Origin: Candidatus Latescibacterota bacterium
GTDB lineage: Bacteria; Latescibacterota; UBA2968; GCA-2709665
Reading direction: 5' to 3'
Assembly: GCA_963662665.2 (NCBI GenBank)
Contig: CAXXJS010000050.1
Span: 77,757-141,756 of the forward strand
Length of the DNA: 64,000 bases
Part shown: positions 40,341 through 50,333 of the stretch, one piece after another
Layout of the letters: every line of letters starts with the position of its first letter
Numbering within the stretch: the stretch's first letter is position 1
Program-made: the position numbers and the translations under genes
The notes under the pieces: model-generated
The model's input: only the letters and a program-made list of their open reading frames with translations
Database searches by the model: none
What the model was told of the DNA's origin: nothing

Positions 40341-41207
40341 TCAGGACTCCTGAGGTTCGCGCCGATCCAGGCTCCAATCCAGTTTGCGCCTGAGCAACTG
40401 ATAGAAAGATAGCCCCTGGAGATTGATCAGACGGGTGGTATGAGCGGCCTGTCGGATGTGAACGCGTTCTTCGGGCTGTATGGGTGAGACGATCTGTCCG
40501 TCGGCGGTTACCATGAAATCGCTGTGTTCGGCGATCACCTGGACGGTGATCGATTGATTTCCCGGGATCACCGCGGGACGCAGCGAGAGCGAATGCGCGC
40601 AGATAGGTGTGACAATGAATGCCCGCAGGTCGGGATGGAGGATGGGACCTCCCGCGGAGAGGCTGTAGCTGGTCGATCCGGTTGGGGTGGATACAATAAT
40701 GCCGTTCCCGAAAAAGGAACTGAACGGTGTGTCGGAAATCCAGGACTTCACCTGTACGAGGCGGGCGAGTACCCTTTTTTCAATGACGAATTCATTGAGC
40801 GCGAAGAAGGTCCTGTTTCCAATTTCCGCTTCCAGTGCCATGCGTTCTTCAAGCTGATACTCGCCCCGCTTCAACCGGCCCAGACTCTCGCGCAACTCTT
40901 CGGGCGCGGCCCCCGCCAGAAATCCCAGGCGACCGAGATTGACGCCCAGAATGGGTTTTTGCGTGGTTTCGACCAGTCTGGCCGCCCTGAGAATGGTGCC
41001 GTCCCCACCCAGTGCAACCACTATATCCGAAAAGCGAGCGAGGTCGGCGGTCGGGCGAAAGGTGACCCGGTTGAACGCGCAGATTTTTCTTAACGGTTCC
41101 TCCAGAATGAGTTCGATGCCCTGATCGTGCGCGAGATTCACGAAATTCTGGATGATGGGACCGATGCCGTCCCGTTCTACATATGCAAGAATGCCAATGC
41201 GTTTCAT
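40341..41207 (-). CDS. nadK: NAD kinase
   Basis: GGDGT, NE and TPTGSTSYSLSAGG. Confidence 0.93.
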   Translation of the reverse strand: MKRIGILAYVERDGIGPIIQNFVNLAHDQGIELILEEPLRKICAFNRVTFRPTADLARFSDIVVALGGDGTILRAARLVETTQKPILGVNLGRLGFLAGAAPEELRESLGRLKRGEYQLEERMALEAEIGNRTFFALNEFVIEKRVLARLVQVKSWISDTPFSSFFGNGIIVSTPTGSTSYSLSAGGPILHPDLRAFIVTPICAHSLSLRPAVIPGNQSITVQVIAEHSDFMVTADGQIVSPIQPEERVHIRQAAHTTRLINLQGLSFYQLLRRKLDWSLDRREPQES

Positions 41208-41287
41208 AGGGTCCGGATGCCAGTGGGGGATGTATTCTGATTCAACTGTATAAATGTACCCTGAATACCCGGATCTCGCAACCGTCG

Positions 41288-41536
41288 TTACTCTGCCGGT
41301 TGTTCCTCACCGGCATCCAGGTCGGTGAGCCTGAAGTCGTTTCCGCTCTCGGCGGCGAGAACTTCGACGCGCTGCTTCGCCTCTTCCAGCCGGGCGCGAC
41401 AAAGGTTTGACGCTCTCAGTCCCTCTTCGAAGAGACGGAGCGCTTCCGCCAGGGGCAGGTTTCCGGATTCCAGGATCTCAACCGCGGACTCCAGTTGCTT
41501 GAGTGCATCTTCGAACGTGGGTTTACCTTCAGCCAT
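41288..41536 (-). CDS. xseB: exodeoxyribonuclease VII small subunit
   Basis: TFEDALKQLE...LESGNLPLAEALRLFEEG. Confidence 0.92.
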   Translation of the reverse strand: MAEGKPTFEDALKQLESAVEILESGNLPLAEALRLFEEGLRASNLCRARLEEAKQRVEVLAAESGNDFRLTDLDAGEEQPAE

Positions 41537-41574
41537 TTGACTCCTCAGAGGGTGAACGGACAAAAAACCCCTCG

Positions 41575-42786
41575 TCAACGATCTGCCGGGCTCCTGTCCC
41601 GAATACCGTCGACCGTGCAGGTTATTTCGCCTTCCGACAGGCGCACGCGGACCCGATCGTCTTCGGCAAGTGACCCGGCGCGGGTGACCAGTTCATTGTT
41701 GTCGGCCCGGTGCGTGAGGCTGTATCCGCGGCTCAGTACGGAGAGCGGGCTTAGCGCCCCGAGTTCGCCGGTGTGCCGGCGGTACGATTCCAGGCGCCCT
41801 TCGAAAACGCGCCGGACGCTGTTCTGGAGACCCTTCTGAAGGTCGTCGACGGCCTGGATGCTCTGGAGGATGTTGTCTTCCACCTTTCGCAATCCATAGC
41901 GCCCCAGGTAGCCGTCGAGAAGACTTTCATTTTCTTTCAGATAACGGTTCAGGGCGCCGTACGAACGCCTGACGAGATTTTGCATCCGGGCGCGCAACTC
42001 AACCGCGTCGCGAACGGCCAGTTCGGCCGCCGCGGATGGCGTAGGTGCCCTGCAATCGGCGGCCAGGTCGGCCAGGGTGACGTCGATTTCGTGGCCGACC
42101 GCGGAAATCACGGGGATGTTGGAGCCGCAGATGGCCCGAACGACGATTTCGGTGTTGAAGGCTGCCAGGTCTTCGGCGGAACCCCCGCCGCGACCCACAA
42201 TCAGTACGTCGGCCTTTCCGCAGGCGTTCTGTTCATTTATGGCCAGCGCGATATCTTCGGGGGCGCCAACGCCCTGAACCAGCGCCGGCCGAAGGACGAT
42301 TCCAACTCCGGAGAAACGCCGCGCCATGACGTTAAGTATGTCTCGAATCGCTGCGCCCGTGCGCGAGGTGACCACGCCTACCGTGAGGGGGAACGCCGGC
42401 AGCGGGCGTTTCCGCGCCTGATCGAACAGACCCTCCTCCTGAAGCTTGAGTTTCAGCGCTTCCAGGGCGAGTTGCTGCTGACCGCTGCCCGCCGGGAAAA
42501 GCCGTGTGACGTTCAACTGGTACTCGCCGTTGCGTTCGTAGACCGTAATTCGTCCCCGGGCGAGTACCTTGACCCCGGATTCGGGCCTGAAGGCCGGCGC
42601 GGCGGACCGCCACATGATACAGCGAAGCTGACAGGTCTTGTCTGCCAGGGTGAAATACCGATGGCCGGAGGCAGCCTGATTATACTGCGATATCTCGCCG
42701 ACGATCCAGAGGACGGGGAATTCTGCTTCAAGGTTCTGCCGGATTGCCTGCGTTATCTCTGTAACTGTAAAGGGCCGTTCCGCCAC
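41575..42786 (-). CDS. xseA: exodeoxyribonuclease VII large subunit
   Basis: SGHRYFTL, RGGGSAEDL, SAVGHEID and APTPSAAAE. Confidence 0.95.
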   Translation of the reverse strand: MAERPFTVTEITQAIRQNLEAEFPVLWIVGEISQYNQAASGHRYFTLADKTCQLRCIMWRSAAPAFRPESGVKVLARGRITVYERNGEYQLNVTRLFPAGSGQQQLALEALKLKLQEEGLFDQARKRPLPAFPLTVGVVTSRTGAAIRDILNVMARRFSGVGIVLRPALVQGVGAPEDIALAINEQNACGKADVLIVGRGGGSAEDLAAFNTEIVVRAICGSNIPVISAVGHEIDVTLADLAADCRAPTPSAAAELAVRDAVELRARMQNLVRRSYGALNRYLKENESLLDGYLGRYGLRKVEDNILQSIQAVDDLQKGLQNSVRRVFEGRLESYRRHTGELGALSPLSVLSRGYSLTHRADNNELVTRAGSLAEDDRVRVRLSEGEITCTVDGIRDRSPADR

Positions 42787-42788
42787 GC

Positions 42789-43577
42789 TCAAGGCTCCTG
42801 CCAGTCGATTCGCAGCCGTTCGATGCGGGTCGCTTTTCCGGTTTCGTCTTCCACTTCCACGATGACGCCGCAAAGCTTGATGTCGTTTTCAGCCGGTTCA
42901 AACCGGACGGGAGTACGGTCCAGAAACCGATGGATCACGGCTTCCTTCCGGGCGCCGATGACGGAGTCGTGGGGGCCGGTCATGCCGGCATCCGACACGA
43001 AGGCGGTACCGCCCGGCAGAATGCGCTCATCCGCGGTCTGTACGTGCGTGTGCGTACCCAGGACGGCGCTGGCGCGGCCGTCCATGAACCATCCGTACGC
43101 GATCTTTTCGGAACTTGCTTCCGCGTGAAAGTCGATGACGATCACCGGGGTCTGCCGGCGGAGGCGGTCCACAATATCTCTACCGATGCGGAACGGACAG
43201 TCCAGGTCGAGCATGTGCACGCGGCCCTGTATGCAGACAACACCGATCGGGATGCCCGATGAGGCGGCGAAAACGCCGTAGCCAACGCCGCCGACGCTTT
43301 CCGGGAAATTCGCCGGACGCAATACCCTTTCGGCGCCCAGTATAAACGGGATGGCGTCCTTTCGGTCCCAGACGTGGTTTCCCGTGGTGACGACATCGGC
43401 CCCGTAGGCGAAGAGCTTCTTCGCGATATTTTCGGTGATACCGAAGCCCCCGGCGGCATTTTCTCCATTGGCTATACAGAAATCGATCCCGTAGCTCTCC
43501 CTGAGTCGCGGTATCAGATCCGCCGCCGCTTTTCTGCCCGGCCTGCCGTATATATCGCCGACAAACAAGATATTCAA
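42789..43577 (-). CDS. ymdB: YmdB-like metallophosphoesterase
   Basis: GDIYG, NGENAAGG, DFHAEASSEK and GTHTHVQTAD. Follows rny. Confidence 0.92.
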   Translation of the reverse strand: MNILFVGDIYGRPGRKAAADLIPRLRESYGIDFCIANGENAAGGFGITENIAKKLFAYGADVVTTGNHVWDRKDAIPFILGAERVLRPANFPESVGGVGYGVFAASSGIPIGVVCIQGRVHMLDLDCPFRIGRDIVDRLRRQTPVIVIDFHAEASSEKIAYGWFMDGRASAVLGTHTHVQTADERILPGGTAFVSDAGMTGPHDSVIGARKEAVIHRFLDRTPVRFEPAENDIKLCGVIVEVEDETGKATRIERLRIDWQEP

Positions 43578-43744
43578 ATGGACACCTGTGAAAAACAGTC
43601 AGTGAATGACAGCGCGAACCCTGCGGGAAGGCGGATTTCTCGTCTCGTGGAAATTATGGCCGGAAACGGACAGCAGGAAAACCGGGCGCCAGGAATGCGG
43701 TTGCGGCGGTACGCAGGGAAGCGCCCGGAATCGAGGGGCGCGCG

Positions 43745-45331
43745 TCATCGCGCAAAATCCACCGAGCGCGTTTCTCTGATTACGGTAACCTTTACGGGCC
43801 CCGGGCATGTGGCGTCTTCGGTGAGCCGCGAGACGATCTGCGTGGCCAGCCGTTCGGTGTCCGCGTCGCTCATCATATCGGAGTCCGCAACCACGCGGAC
43901 TTCCTGTCCGGCCTTGATGGCGAAGACCGATTCCACGCCCTGTACCATCTTGGCGATGGACTCCAGTCGTTCCAGCCGTCTTACGTAATTCTCGATCTGT
44001 TCCCGCTGCGCGCCCGGCCGCGACCGGGATATGGAGTCGGCTGCGTCGACCAGCACGGCAACGGGCGAAATCGGATCCGAGTCTCCGTGATGGGACTCGA
44101 TGGCGTTGATCACAACTGCGTCTTCACCATATTTGCGCGCAAGGTCAGCGCCATTCTCTCCGTACGTGCCCTCGGATTCGTGCGCCAGGCCCTTGCCAAT
44201 GTCGTGAAGCAGACCCGCGCGTTTGGCAAACTGGGCGTCGAGACCCAGCGACGTGGCCATCATGCCCGCAAGAAACGCCACTTCCTTACTGTGATTCAGC
44301 AGATTCTGACCGTAGCTCGTACGGTATTTAAGGCGTCCCAGGCAGGCAATGAGGCGATCGTGCAGGCCCGGCACGCCAACATCGAACGCCGCCTGAACGC
44401 CGGCGTCGTGCATGACCTCGCGAATCGACTCTCTCGACTTCTGCACGATTTCTTCGATCCGGCCCGGGTGTATGCGTCCATCCAGAATCAGTTGTTCCAT
44501 GGCAATCTGGGCAGTCGCCCTGCGTATGGGGTCGAATCCCGACAGGATCACGGCTTCCGGCGTGTCGTCGATCGTGACATCCACGCCCGTAGCCATCTCA
44601 AAGGCGCGGATGTTCCGCCCCTCGCGTCCGATGATCCGCCCCTTCATCTCGTCGGAAGGCAGGCGAACTACCGCAACGGTGGATTCGATCGTATGGTCTG
44701 CGGCCAATCTTTGAATTGCCGCGGCTATAATTTCCCGTGCTTCATCGTTGGCGCGGACGAGCGCGTCGTCGCGGATTTCCTTTAGCCGCCACTCCGCATC
44801 GCGTTCAGCCTCGTCTTCCATGTTGGCCATCAGAACACGTTTTGCCTCTTCCTTTGTGAGCCCTGCGATCTGTTCCAGGCGCTTGTTCTGTCTCAGCCGG
44901 CTCTGTTCCAGCTCCCGTTCCCGGTCGGCCAGTTGCGCCTCCAGCAACCGGAGTTGCTCGTCTTTCCCGGTAGCCAGCTTTTCCTTATCGTTCAACAGAT
45001 CCGCGCGTTTGTCGAGCTGCCGCCTCAGGCTGCTCAGCTTCATCTCTTCCCGGGCGGTTCGTTCGCGCTTTTCTTCCAGTTCCTGTTCAAACCGGAGCCG
45101 TTCCTGCTGTATCCTGTCTTTGGCTTCCAGGACCGCCGTCCGCTTCATTGCGTCCGCTTCGGTCTGGGCATCTTCAAGGATCTTTTCCGCGGAGAGTTCG
45201 GCGCGATGGATCTTGCTGTGCGCGATCTTGCCGCTGATAAGCCATCCCAGGAGATAACCCAGTATAAGCAGGCCGGCCGACAGCATCGTCACCGTCACGA
45301 CTTCCAGGGTCGTATCTATCGGCAGGTTCAT
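43745..45331 (-). CDS. rny: ribonuclease Y
   Basis: N-terminal TM and coiled coil, KH domain (KGRIIGREGRNIR) and HD domain (LLHDIGK). Confidence 0.95.
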   Translation of the reverse strand: MNLPIDTTLEVVTVTMLSAGLLILGYLLGWLISGKIAHSKIHRAELSAEKILEDAQTEADAMKRTAVLEAKDRIQQERLRFEQELEEKRERTAREEMKLSSLRRQLDKRADLLNDKEKLATGKDEQLRLLEAQLADRERELEQSRLRQNKRLEQIAGLTKEEAKRVLMANMEDEAERDAEWRLKEIRDDALVRANDEAREIIAAAIQRLAADHTIESTVAVVRLPSDEMKGRIIGREGRNIRAFEMATGVDVTIDDTPEAVILSGFDPIRRATAQIAMEQLILDGRIHPGRIEEIVQKSRESIREVMHDAGVQAAFDVGVPGLHDRLIACLGRLKYRTSYGQNLLNHSKEVAFLAGMMATSLGLDAQFAKRAGLLHDIGKGLAHESEGTYGENGADLARKYGEDAVVINAIESHHGDSDPISPVAVLVDAADSISRSRPGAQREQIENYVRRLERLESIAKMVQGVESVFAIKAGQEVRVVADSDMMSDADTERLATQIVSRLTEDATCPGPVKVTVIRETRSVDFAR

Positions 45332-45370
45332 TCTGGTCTCTCCGTCCTGTTAAATCCATGCACAAAAAAA

Positions 45371-45450
45371 CCCGCTTGCATCATCCGGTTCCGTACATCC
45401 CGTCCGGTTTACAATGTTCGTTCCGGATGGTTACAGATGAACGCAGCAGG
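45371..45450 (-). ncRNA. structured RNA in the zapA-rny spacer, possibly a short 6S-like RNA or a terminator
   Basis: The 5' CCTGCTGCGTTCATCTG pairs with the 3' CGGATGATGCAAGCGGG, followed by T8. It lies in the syntenic ssrS position. Confidence 0.4.
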
Positions 45451-45521
45451 CAGCACCGGAATTGTCGATCCGGCAGGCGCGCCGGGAATCGCTGGCGCGC
45501 CCTCACTGTTTGAGGTTGTCT

Positions 45522-45806
45522 TTACGCAATCCGGTTTGTGAAAGACGCCAGATTGTGGGTGTGTTCCGTCAGGGTGTCTCCCAACTTCCGACTGGCTTCT
45601 TCCTCTTTGTGCAGTTCGTGGGCAAGATTGACGGCCGCAACGACTGCAACTTTGGCAACCGAACGAAGCGAAATGCAGTTCGCCACGTCACGCATTTTCC
45701 GGTCGACGTACCGTGCCGCGGCCCGGGCATGATCCGGGTCGCCTTCCGCGTAGATGCTGTATTCGGTGCCGAAGATCTGGACGCGTATTACCGGTTGGTC
45801 AGACAT
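45522..45806 (-). CDS. zapA: cell division protein ZapA
   Basis: VQIFGTEYSI...YVDRKMRDV...VAVVAAVNLAHE. Confidence 0.88.
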   Translation of the reverse strand: MSDQPVIRVQIFGTEYSIYAEGDPDHARAAARYVDRKMRDVANCISLRSVAKVAVVAAVNLAHELHKEEEASRKLGDTLTEHTHNLASFTNRIA

Positions 45807-45888
45807 GAAACCTCGGGTCATCCGGAGGCAATGTGAAACTCTGTCAACGGACTGCCAGGGTTCGGTGTGGTAATTCGGCAGCGCTGTT

Positions 45889-46440
45889 TTACGCTGTATT
45901 GATTGAATCCAGACGCGTAATCATGGTTTCGATTTTGCGTTGGATTTCCTCCTTGTTCTCAATAAGGGAAGCATTATTGTCGTAAATGGACCGGAGGCGT
46001 TCCCTATCGGCCCGCAATCCGGAAATGACCTGGTCCTGGTTTCCCAGCCGTTCCTCTTGTTCCCTGTTGCTCTGCTGGAGGTCTGTGATTTCCTGCCGTA
46101 ACTGCTGTATCATATCCACGGCACGATCGATTTCACCAATAAGCAGATCCAGCTGTTCTGAAACTCGATTTTCCGACTCCAGTGGATCCTCTTCCGGGTC
46201 TTCGGTTACGGGCTGTCCGTCTGCCTCGGCGGGGGTTTCTTCCGCATCGTGCGACGCGGGCGGTTCGTTTGCGGGTTCGACGGTTCCGAATGGTTGTTCT
46301 TGCGTGTCTTGAAGATCGAGTTGCGCGTCTTCCGGATCGTCCGGTTTCACCTGTTCGTCGGTCGGATGGACGGGTTCGAACGGCTCGTTGTCTAAAATCC
46401 CGGAATCCAGCTGTTCATTTACCCGGTCTTGCGCTTCCAT
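45889..46440 (-). CDS. ZapB-like coiled-coil protein with acidic N-terminal extension
   Basis: C-terminal heptads ending KEEIQRKIETMITRLD. Directly upstream of zapA. Confidence 0.6.
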   Translation of the reverse strand: MEAQDRVNEQLDSGILDNEPFEPVHPTDEQVKPDDPEDAQLDLQDTQEQPFGTVEPANEPPASHDAEETPAEADGQPVTEDPEEDPLESENRVSEQLDLLIGEIDRAVDMIQQLRQEITDLQQSNREQEERLGNQDQVISGLRADRERLRSIYDNNASLIENKEEIQRKIETMITRLDSINTA

Positions 46441-46529
46441 GTAGTCACCCTTTCATCGCTGACGGTAATTCCCGATGCGTTTTTTTCGTTGAGGGAACAC
46501 AAGTACGCTTGCATAATACCACACTACGC

Positions 46530-46558
46530 AATGTAATACCTACATGGCCTGAAGTCAA
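46530..46558 (-). promoter_or_regulatory. putative sigma70 promoter for the zapB-like/zapA/rny operon
   Basis: TTGACT-N17-TACATT. Confidence 0.5.
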
Positions 46559-46651
46559 GGGTGGGTTACCTGAAGCAGGGGGGAGGGTAATCGGAATCGG
46601 AACCGGCGCAAGGAGACGCTTTTCCGACGAATTCCGTGTCCTGAAGGCCAT

Positions 46652-47005
46652 TTACAGGTGTTGTCGGGCCTGGTCCGTCAGCGCTGTGAAGGCCGCTGCA
46701 TCCGTGACGGCGAGGTTGGCCAGAACTTTCCTGTCAACCGAAATATCGGCCTTTTTCAGGCCATTGATCAGGCTGCTGTAGGACAGTCCGTTAAGCCGGG
46801 CGGCGGCGTTGATTCGAACGATCCACAGGGCGCGGAAATTTCTCTTCTTCTGACGACGGTCCCTGTATGCATAGGAAAGCGCCCGGTTTACGGCGTCGTC
46901 TGCGGTGCGGTACAGCTTGCTGCGCCCGCCCCTGTAACCGCGCGCGGCTTTCAGTACTTTTTTCCGCCTGCGCCGCGAAGCGACGCTATTTGTCGATCTG
47001 GACAT
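46652..47005 (-). CDS. rplT: 50S ribosomal protein L20
   Basis: [15 protein letters not shown]...[24 protein letters not shown]. Confidence 0.98.
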   Translation of the reverse strand: MSRSTNSVASRRRRKKVLKAARGYRGGRSKLYRTADDAVNRALSYAYRDRRQKKRNFRALWIVRINAAARLNGLSYSSLINGLKKADISVDRKVLANLAVTDAAAFTALTDQARQHL

Positions 47006-47132
47006 GTCGATGGTCTCCTGGTAGCGTCAGGCCGTGTTGCGTGCCGTCGTTGCCGCCCGCCAGCGCCCTCTATTGAAAATCCGACTTACTCTGAATGGAA
47101 AGGAATTTTCAAATTGAAATCGCAATGGTCCG

Positions 47133-47327
47133 TCAGTTAGGAAGCAGGCGTTTTACACGGTCCTCGTCGGATTTGTGTACCTCGGTGGGTTTGCGCAGAT
47201 GCATCTTGCGTTTGCTGCTCTTGCTTGTCAGGTTATGCGTGACCGTTGACTTCTTGCGGCCGATCGAACCGGACTTCCGGCGCTTGAACCGTTTCGCTGC
47301 GCCCCGGTGGGTTTTCATTTTGGGCAC
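47133..47327 (-). CDS. rpmI: 50S ribosomal protein L35
   Basis: [16 protein letters not shown] start. Confidence 0.96.
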   Translation of the reverse strand: MPKMKTHRGAAKRFKRRKSGSIGRKKSTVTHNLTSKSSKRKMHLRKPTEVHKSDEDRVKRLLPN

Positions 47328-47459
47328 GTTAAACTCCTTGGCAAAATTCGTGGTTGCCATCCGAATGGAAACAGCAAACGAACAGTCCGGAGCAAAGAAA
47401 CGGCGGGATTGAAATTCCCCATGCTCCCGCGTTCCTGCTCCAGGGGTTATCGGCGGATG

Positions 47460-47996
47460 CTATTTCGGCGCGATGATGATAATGATGTTGCGGCCTTCGT
47501 CTTTGATGGGTAATTCGGCCACGCCGGCATCCTGAAGGTCGTCGATCGCGCGTTCGAGAAGCACCCTGCCCTGCGCGCGGTACATATTCTGACGACCGCG
47601 AAATTCCACGGAAATCCTGACTTTGTGGCGGTGCTTTAAAAAGTTCTCGGCGTGGCGGATCTTGAATTCGTAATCGTGATCGCTGATTCTGGGACCCAGC
47701 CGGATCTCTTTCAGTTGCGACGCGGTTTTCTTGCCCTTTTTCTGTTTCTTGCTCTGTTCATACCGATACTTGCCGTAATTCATGATTCGGCATACGGGAG
47801 GTCGGGCGTTAGGCGCGACTTCGACCAGGTCGAGGTCGACCTCCATTGCCATTTCAATTGCCCTGCCGGTTTCAACGATGCCGACCTGTTCGCCCTCGTT
47901 GTCGACCAGGCGAACCTGCGGAATGCGGATCTGCTCATTTACACGAGGTGCTCTTTCCTGCTTTCGATCTCGAAAACCTCTTGGACCTCTGTTGAT
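47460..47996 (-). CDS. infC: translation initiation factor IF-3, probable non-canonical ATC start
   Basis: RVNEQIR, DLVEVAPNARPPVCRIMNYGK and FRGRQ. The SD GGAGGTG lies 6 nt upstream of an in-frame ATC. Confidence 0.95.
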   Translation of the reverse strand: MNRGPRGFRDRKQERAPRVNEQIRIPQVRLVDNEGEQVGIVETGRAIEMAMEVDLDLVEVAPNARPPVCRIMNYGKYRYEQSKKQKKGKKTASQLKEIRLGPRISDHDYEFKIRHAENFLKHRHKVRISVEFRGRQNMYRAQGRVLLERAIDDLQDAGVAELPIKDEGRNIIIIIAPK

Positions 47997-48056
47997 ACCT
48001 ATCACCTCCGAATTTGATTCGAGCCGATGTTGGCCAAAATGGAGTATCGAGGGGGT

Positions 48057-49994
48057 TTACGCGACACTTTTCGTCTCTACCTCCTTTTGCATCCTGGCAA
48101 TCAGGTCCGTAGTGGACATGCTTCCCAGGTCACCGGCGCCATGTCGGCGAACCGAGATGGATTGTGCGTCGAGTTCCTGCTTGCCCACGATGACCATGTA
48201 TGGAATTTTCTGAACTTCCGCCTCGCGAATCTTGAAACCGAGTTTGGCGTCCTGGGGATCGACTTCGGCGCGGAGCCCCGCTCGTTTGAGATGGTTGGCA
48301 ACCTCTCCGGCATAGTCGGCAAAGGGATCGGAAACCGGAAGCACGACAACCTGCACCGGCGCGAGCCAGAGCGGGAAGTTTCCAGCGTAGTGTTCGATCA
48401 GGAGGCCGAAGAACCGCTCCACGGCGCCCAGGAGGGCTCGATGCACCATGTAGGGCCGATGAAATTTTCCGTCGGAACCGACAAAACTCAGGTCGAATCT
48501 TTCAGGCAGATTGAAATCGAACTGAATCGTGGTACACTGCCATTCCCTGTTCAGGGCATCGTTGATGGTCACGTCGATCTTTGGCCCGTAAAAGGCGCCT
48601 GCGCCCTCGTCGATCCGGTAGGGCAGGCGCTGCCTGTCAACCGCACGCTTGAGAGCGTCGGTGGCTCTCTCCCAGTCCGCCGGATCTCCAACCGACTTTC
48701 CCGGCCGGGTTGAGATATAGACGTTAAAATCCTCAAAACCGAAAGACTTGAGGATGAAAAGCGTGAAGTCGATAACCCGGGCGACTTCGTCTTCCACCTG
48801 GTCGGGACGACAGAAGATATGGGCGTCGTCCTGGGTGAATCCTCGCACCCGCAGCAGCCCGTGCAGCGTGCCGACCATTTCGTAGCGGTAGACGGTACCC
48901 AGTTCGGCCCAGCGAAAGGGAAGCTCGCGATAGCTTCGCCTTCGGGATTTGTAGATGAGGCTGTGGAAGGGACAATTCATCGGTTTGGCGAAATACGCCT
49001 GGCCGTCGATGTCCATTGGCGGGTACATGTTTTCCTGAAAGAAATCCAGGTGTCCGCTGGTTTCCCAGAGCCTGGACCTGCCGAGATGGGGCGAACCGAC
49101 CAGGTCGTAGCCGCCGCCGTAATGTGCTTCCCGCCAGAAATCTTCAATCTGATTCCTGATTCGGGCGCCTTTGGGGTGCCAGAGGACGAGACCCGGGCCG
49201 GCCGTATCGTTGATTGAGAAGAGGTCGAGGCGCGCGCCCAGGGTGCGGTGGTCTCGATTCCTGGCTTCTTCGAGGTACTCGAGATAGGCGTTGAGGTCCT
49301 TCTTGCCCGGAAAGGAGATACCGTAGATGCGCTGTAGCATCACGTTGTTTTCGTCCCCCCGCCAGTATGCGCCCGATGAACTCAGCAACTTGACCGCCCT
49401 GATGCGGCCGGTGTCCGGCACATGCGGCCCACGGCACAGGTCCAGCCATTTGTCTGCATTCTTGTAGATGCTGATGGTTTCGCCGGGTTCGATTTCCTCC
49501 AGGATTTCCAGTTTGTAGGTTTCACCGCGTTCCCCGAAGAGATTGATTGCGGCTTCCCTCGTGATTTCCTGGCGCTCGAATGGCTGGGCTTCCGCAATAA
49601 GCTCCCGCATGCGGACTTCGATCCGGTGCAATTCGTCCGGCGTGAACGGTTTTTCCCGGTCGAAGTCGTAGTAGAAACCACTCTCGATGGGCGGACCCAG
49701 CGTGACTTTGACGTCCGGAAACAGATCCTGCACCGCCTGTGCCATAATATGTGCGGTGCTGTGCCAGTACACTTCTTTGCCTGCATCGCTGGAGAAGGTG
49801 AGGATTTCCAGTTCGACGTTGGCGTCCAGAGCACTCGTCAGATCAACCGCCCGGCCGTCGACCTTGCCGGCCAGCGCCGCGCGGGCAAGGCCGGAGCCGA
49901 TGGATTCGGCCACCTGCAGGATGGTGACGCCGGCGCGGAAATCTTTCCGGGAGCCGTCTGGCAGGGTAACCGTTATGTTGCCGGTTTCAGGCAT
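48057..49994 (-). CDS. thrS: threonine--tRNA ligase
   Basis: TGS domain, HSTAHIMAQA, DLCRGPH, KPMNCP and RVRGFTQDDAH. Confidence 0.98.
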   Translation of the reverse strand: MPETGNITVTLPDGSRKDFRAGVTILQVAESIGSGLARAALAGKVDGRAVDLTSALDANVELEILTFSSDAGKEVYWHSTAHIMAQAVQDLFPDVKVTLGPPIESGFYYDFDREKPFTPDELHRIEVRMRELIAEAQPFERQEITREAAINLFGERGETYKLEILEEIEPGETISIYKNADKWLDLCRGPHVPDTGRIRAVKLLSSSGAYWRGDENNVMLQRIYGISFPGKKDLNAYLEYLEEARNRDHRTLGARLDLFSINDTAGPGLVLWHPKGARIRNQIEDFWREAHYGGGYDLVGSPHLGRSRLWETSGHLDFFQENMYPPMDIDGQAYFAKPMNCPFHSLIYKSRRRSYRELPFRWAELGTVYRYEMVGTLHGLLRVRGFTQDDAHIFCRPDQVEDEVARVIDFTLFILKSFGFEDFNVYISTRPGKSVGDPADWERATDALKRAVDRQRLPYRIDEGAGAFYGPKIDVTINDALNREWQCTTIQFDFNLPERFDLSFVGSDGKFHRPYMVHRALLGAVERFFGLLIEHYAGNFPLWLAPVQVVVLPVSDPFADYAGEVANHLKRAGLRAEVDPQDAKLGFKIREAEVQKIPYMVIVGKQELDAQSISVRRHGAGDLGSMSTTDLIARMQKEVETKSVA

Positions 49995-50040
49995 GTTATT
50001 CGACACTTCCCGGTATTGACGGGACAAATCGGCTGAGACG

Positions 50041-50237
50041 TTAACCTCAATCGGAAAAAAAGCAACTCGGCAACGCGACGAAAACCCCTTAAACGGGGCG
50101 TAACGGTTGTCAAAAAGGACGTTTTTTCAGTTCACGTCCAGTGACCTGGTGTATCCTGGTAATCAGCCGTCAAATCGCCTTTATCTACTTGCATATATTC
50201 GGTTTTACTTCCCCGAAGAATTGCGAATCAAGGTTAA
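50041..50237. mobile_element. MITE-like element, copy 2, in the thrS 5' region
   Basis: TTAACCTCAATC...GAATCAAGGTTAA. Reverse-complement match to 3443-3641. Confidence 0.75.
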
Positions 50238-50333
50238 TGACGATCGAACAATGAGAGTTTTCTTGAAAAACGCGCGGAACCGACACTGCGAAAGGACCGT
50301 CGCGACCGTCGACGCCAGACTTTCCTTTCGTAT

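Noticed and set aside
41244-41263. SOS-box-like CTGTATAAATGTACCC upstream of nadK-recN
   Set aside because: The right half lacks CAG and it does not match the 61440 palindrome well. Too weak without a genome-wide motif.
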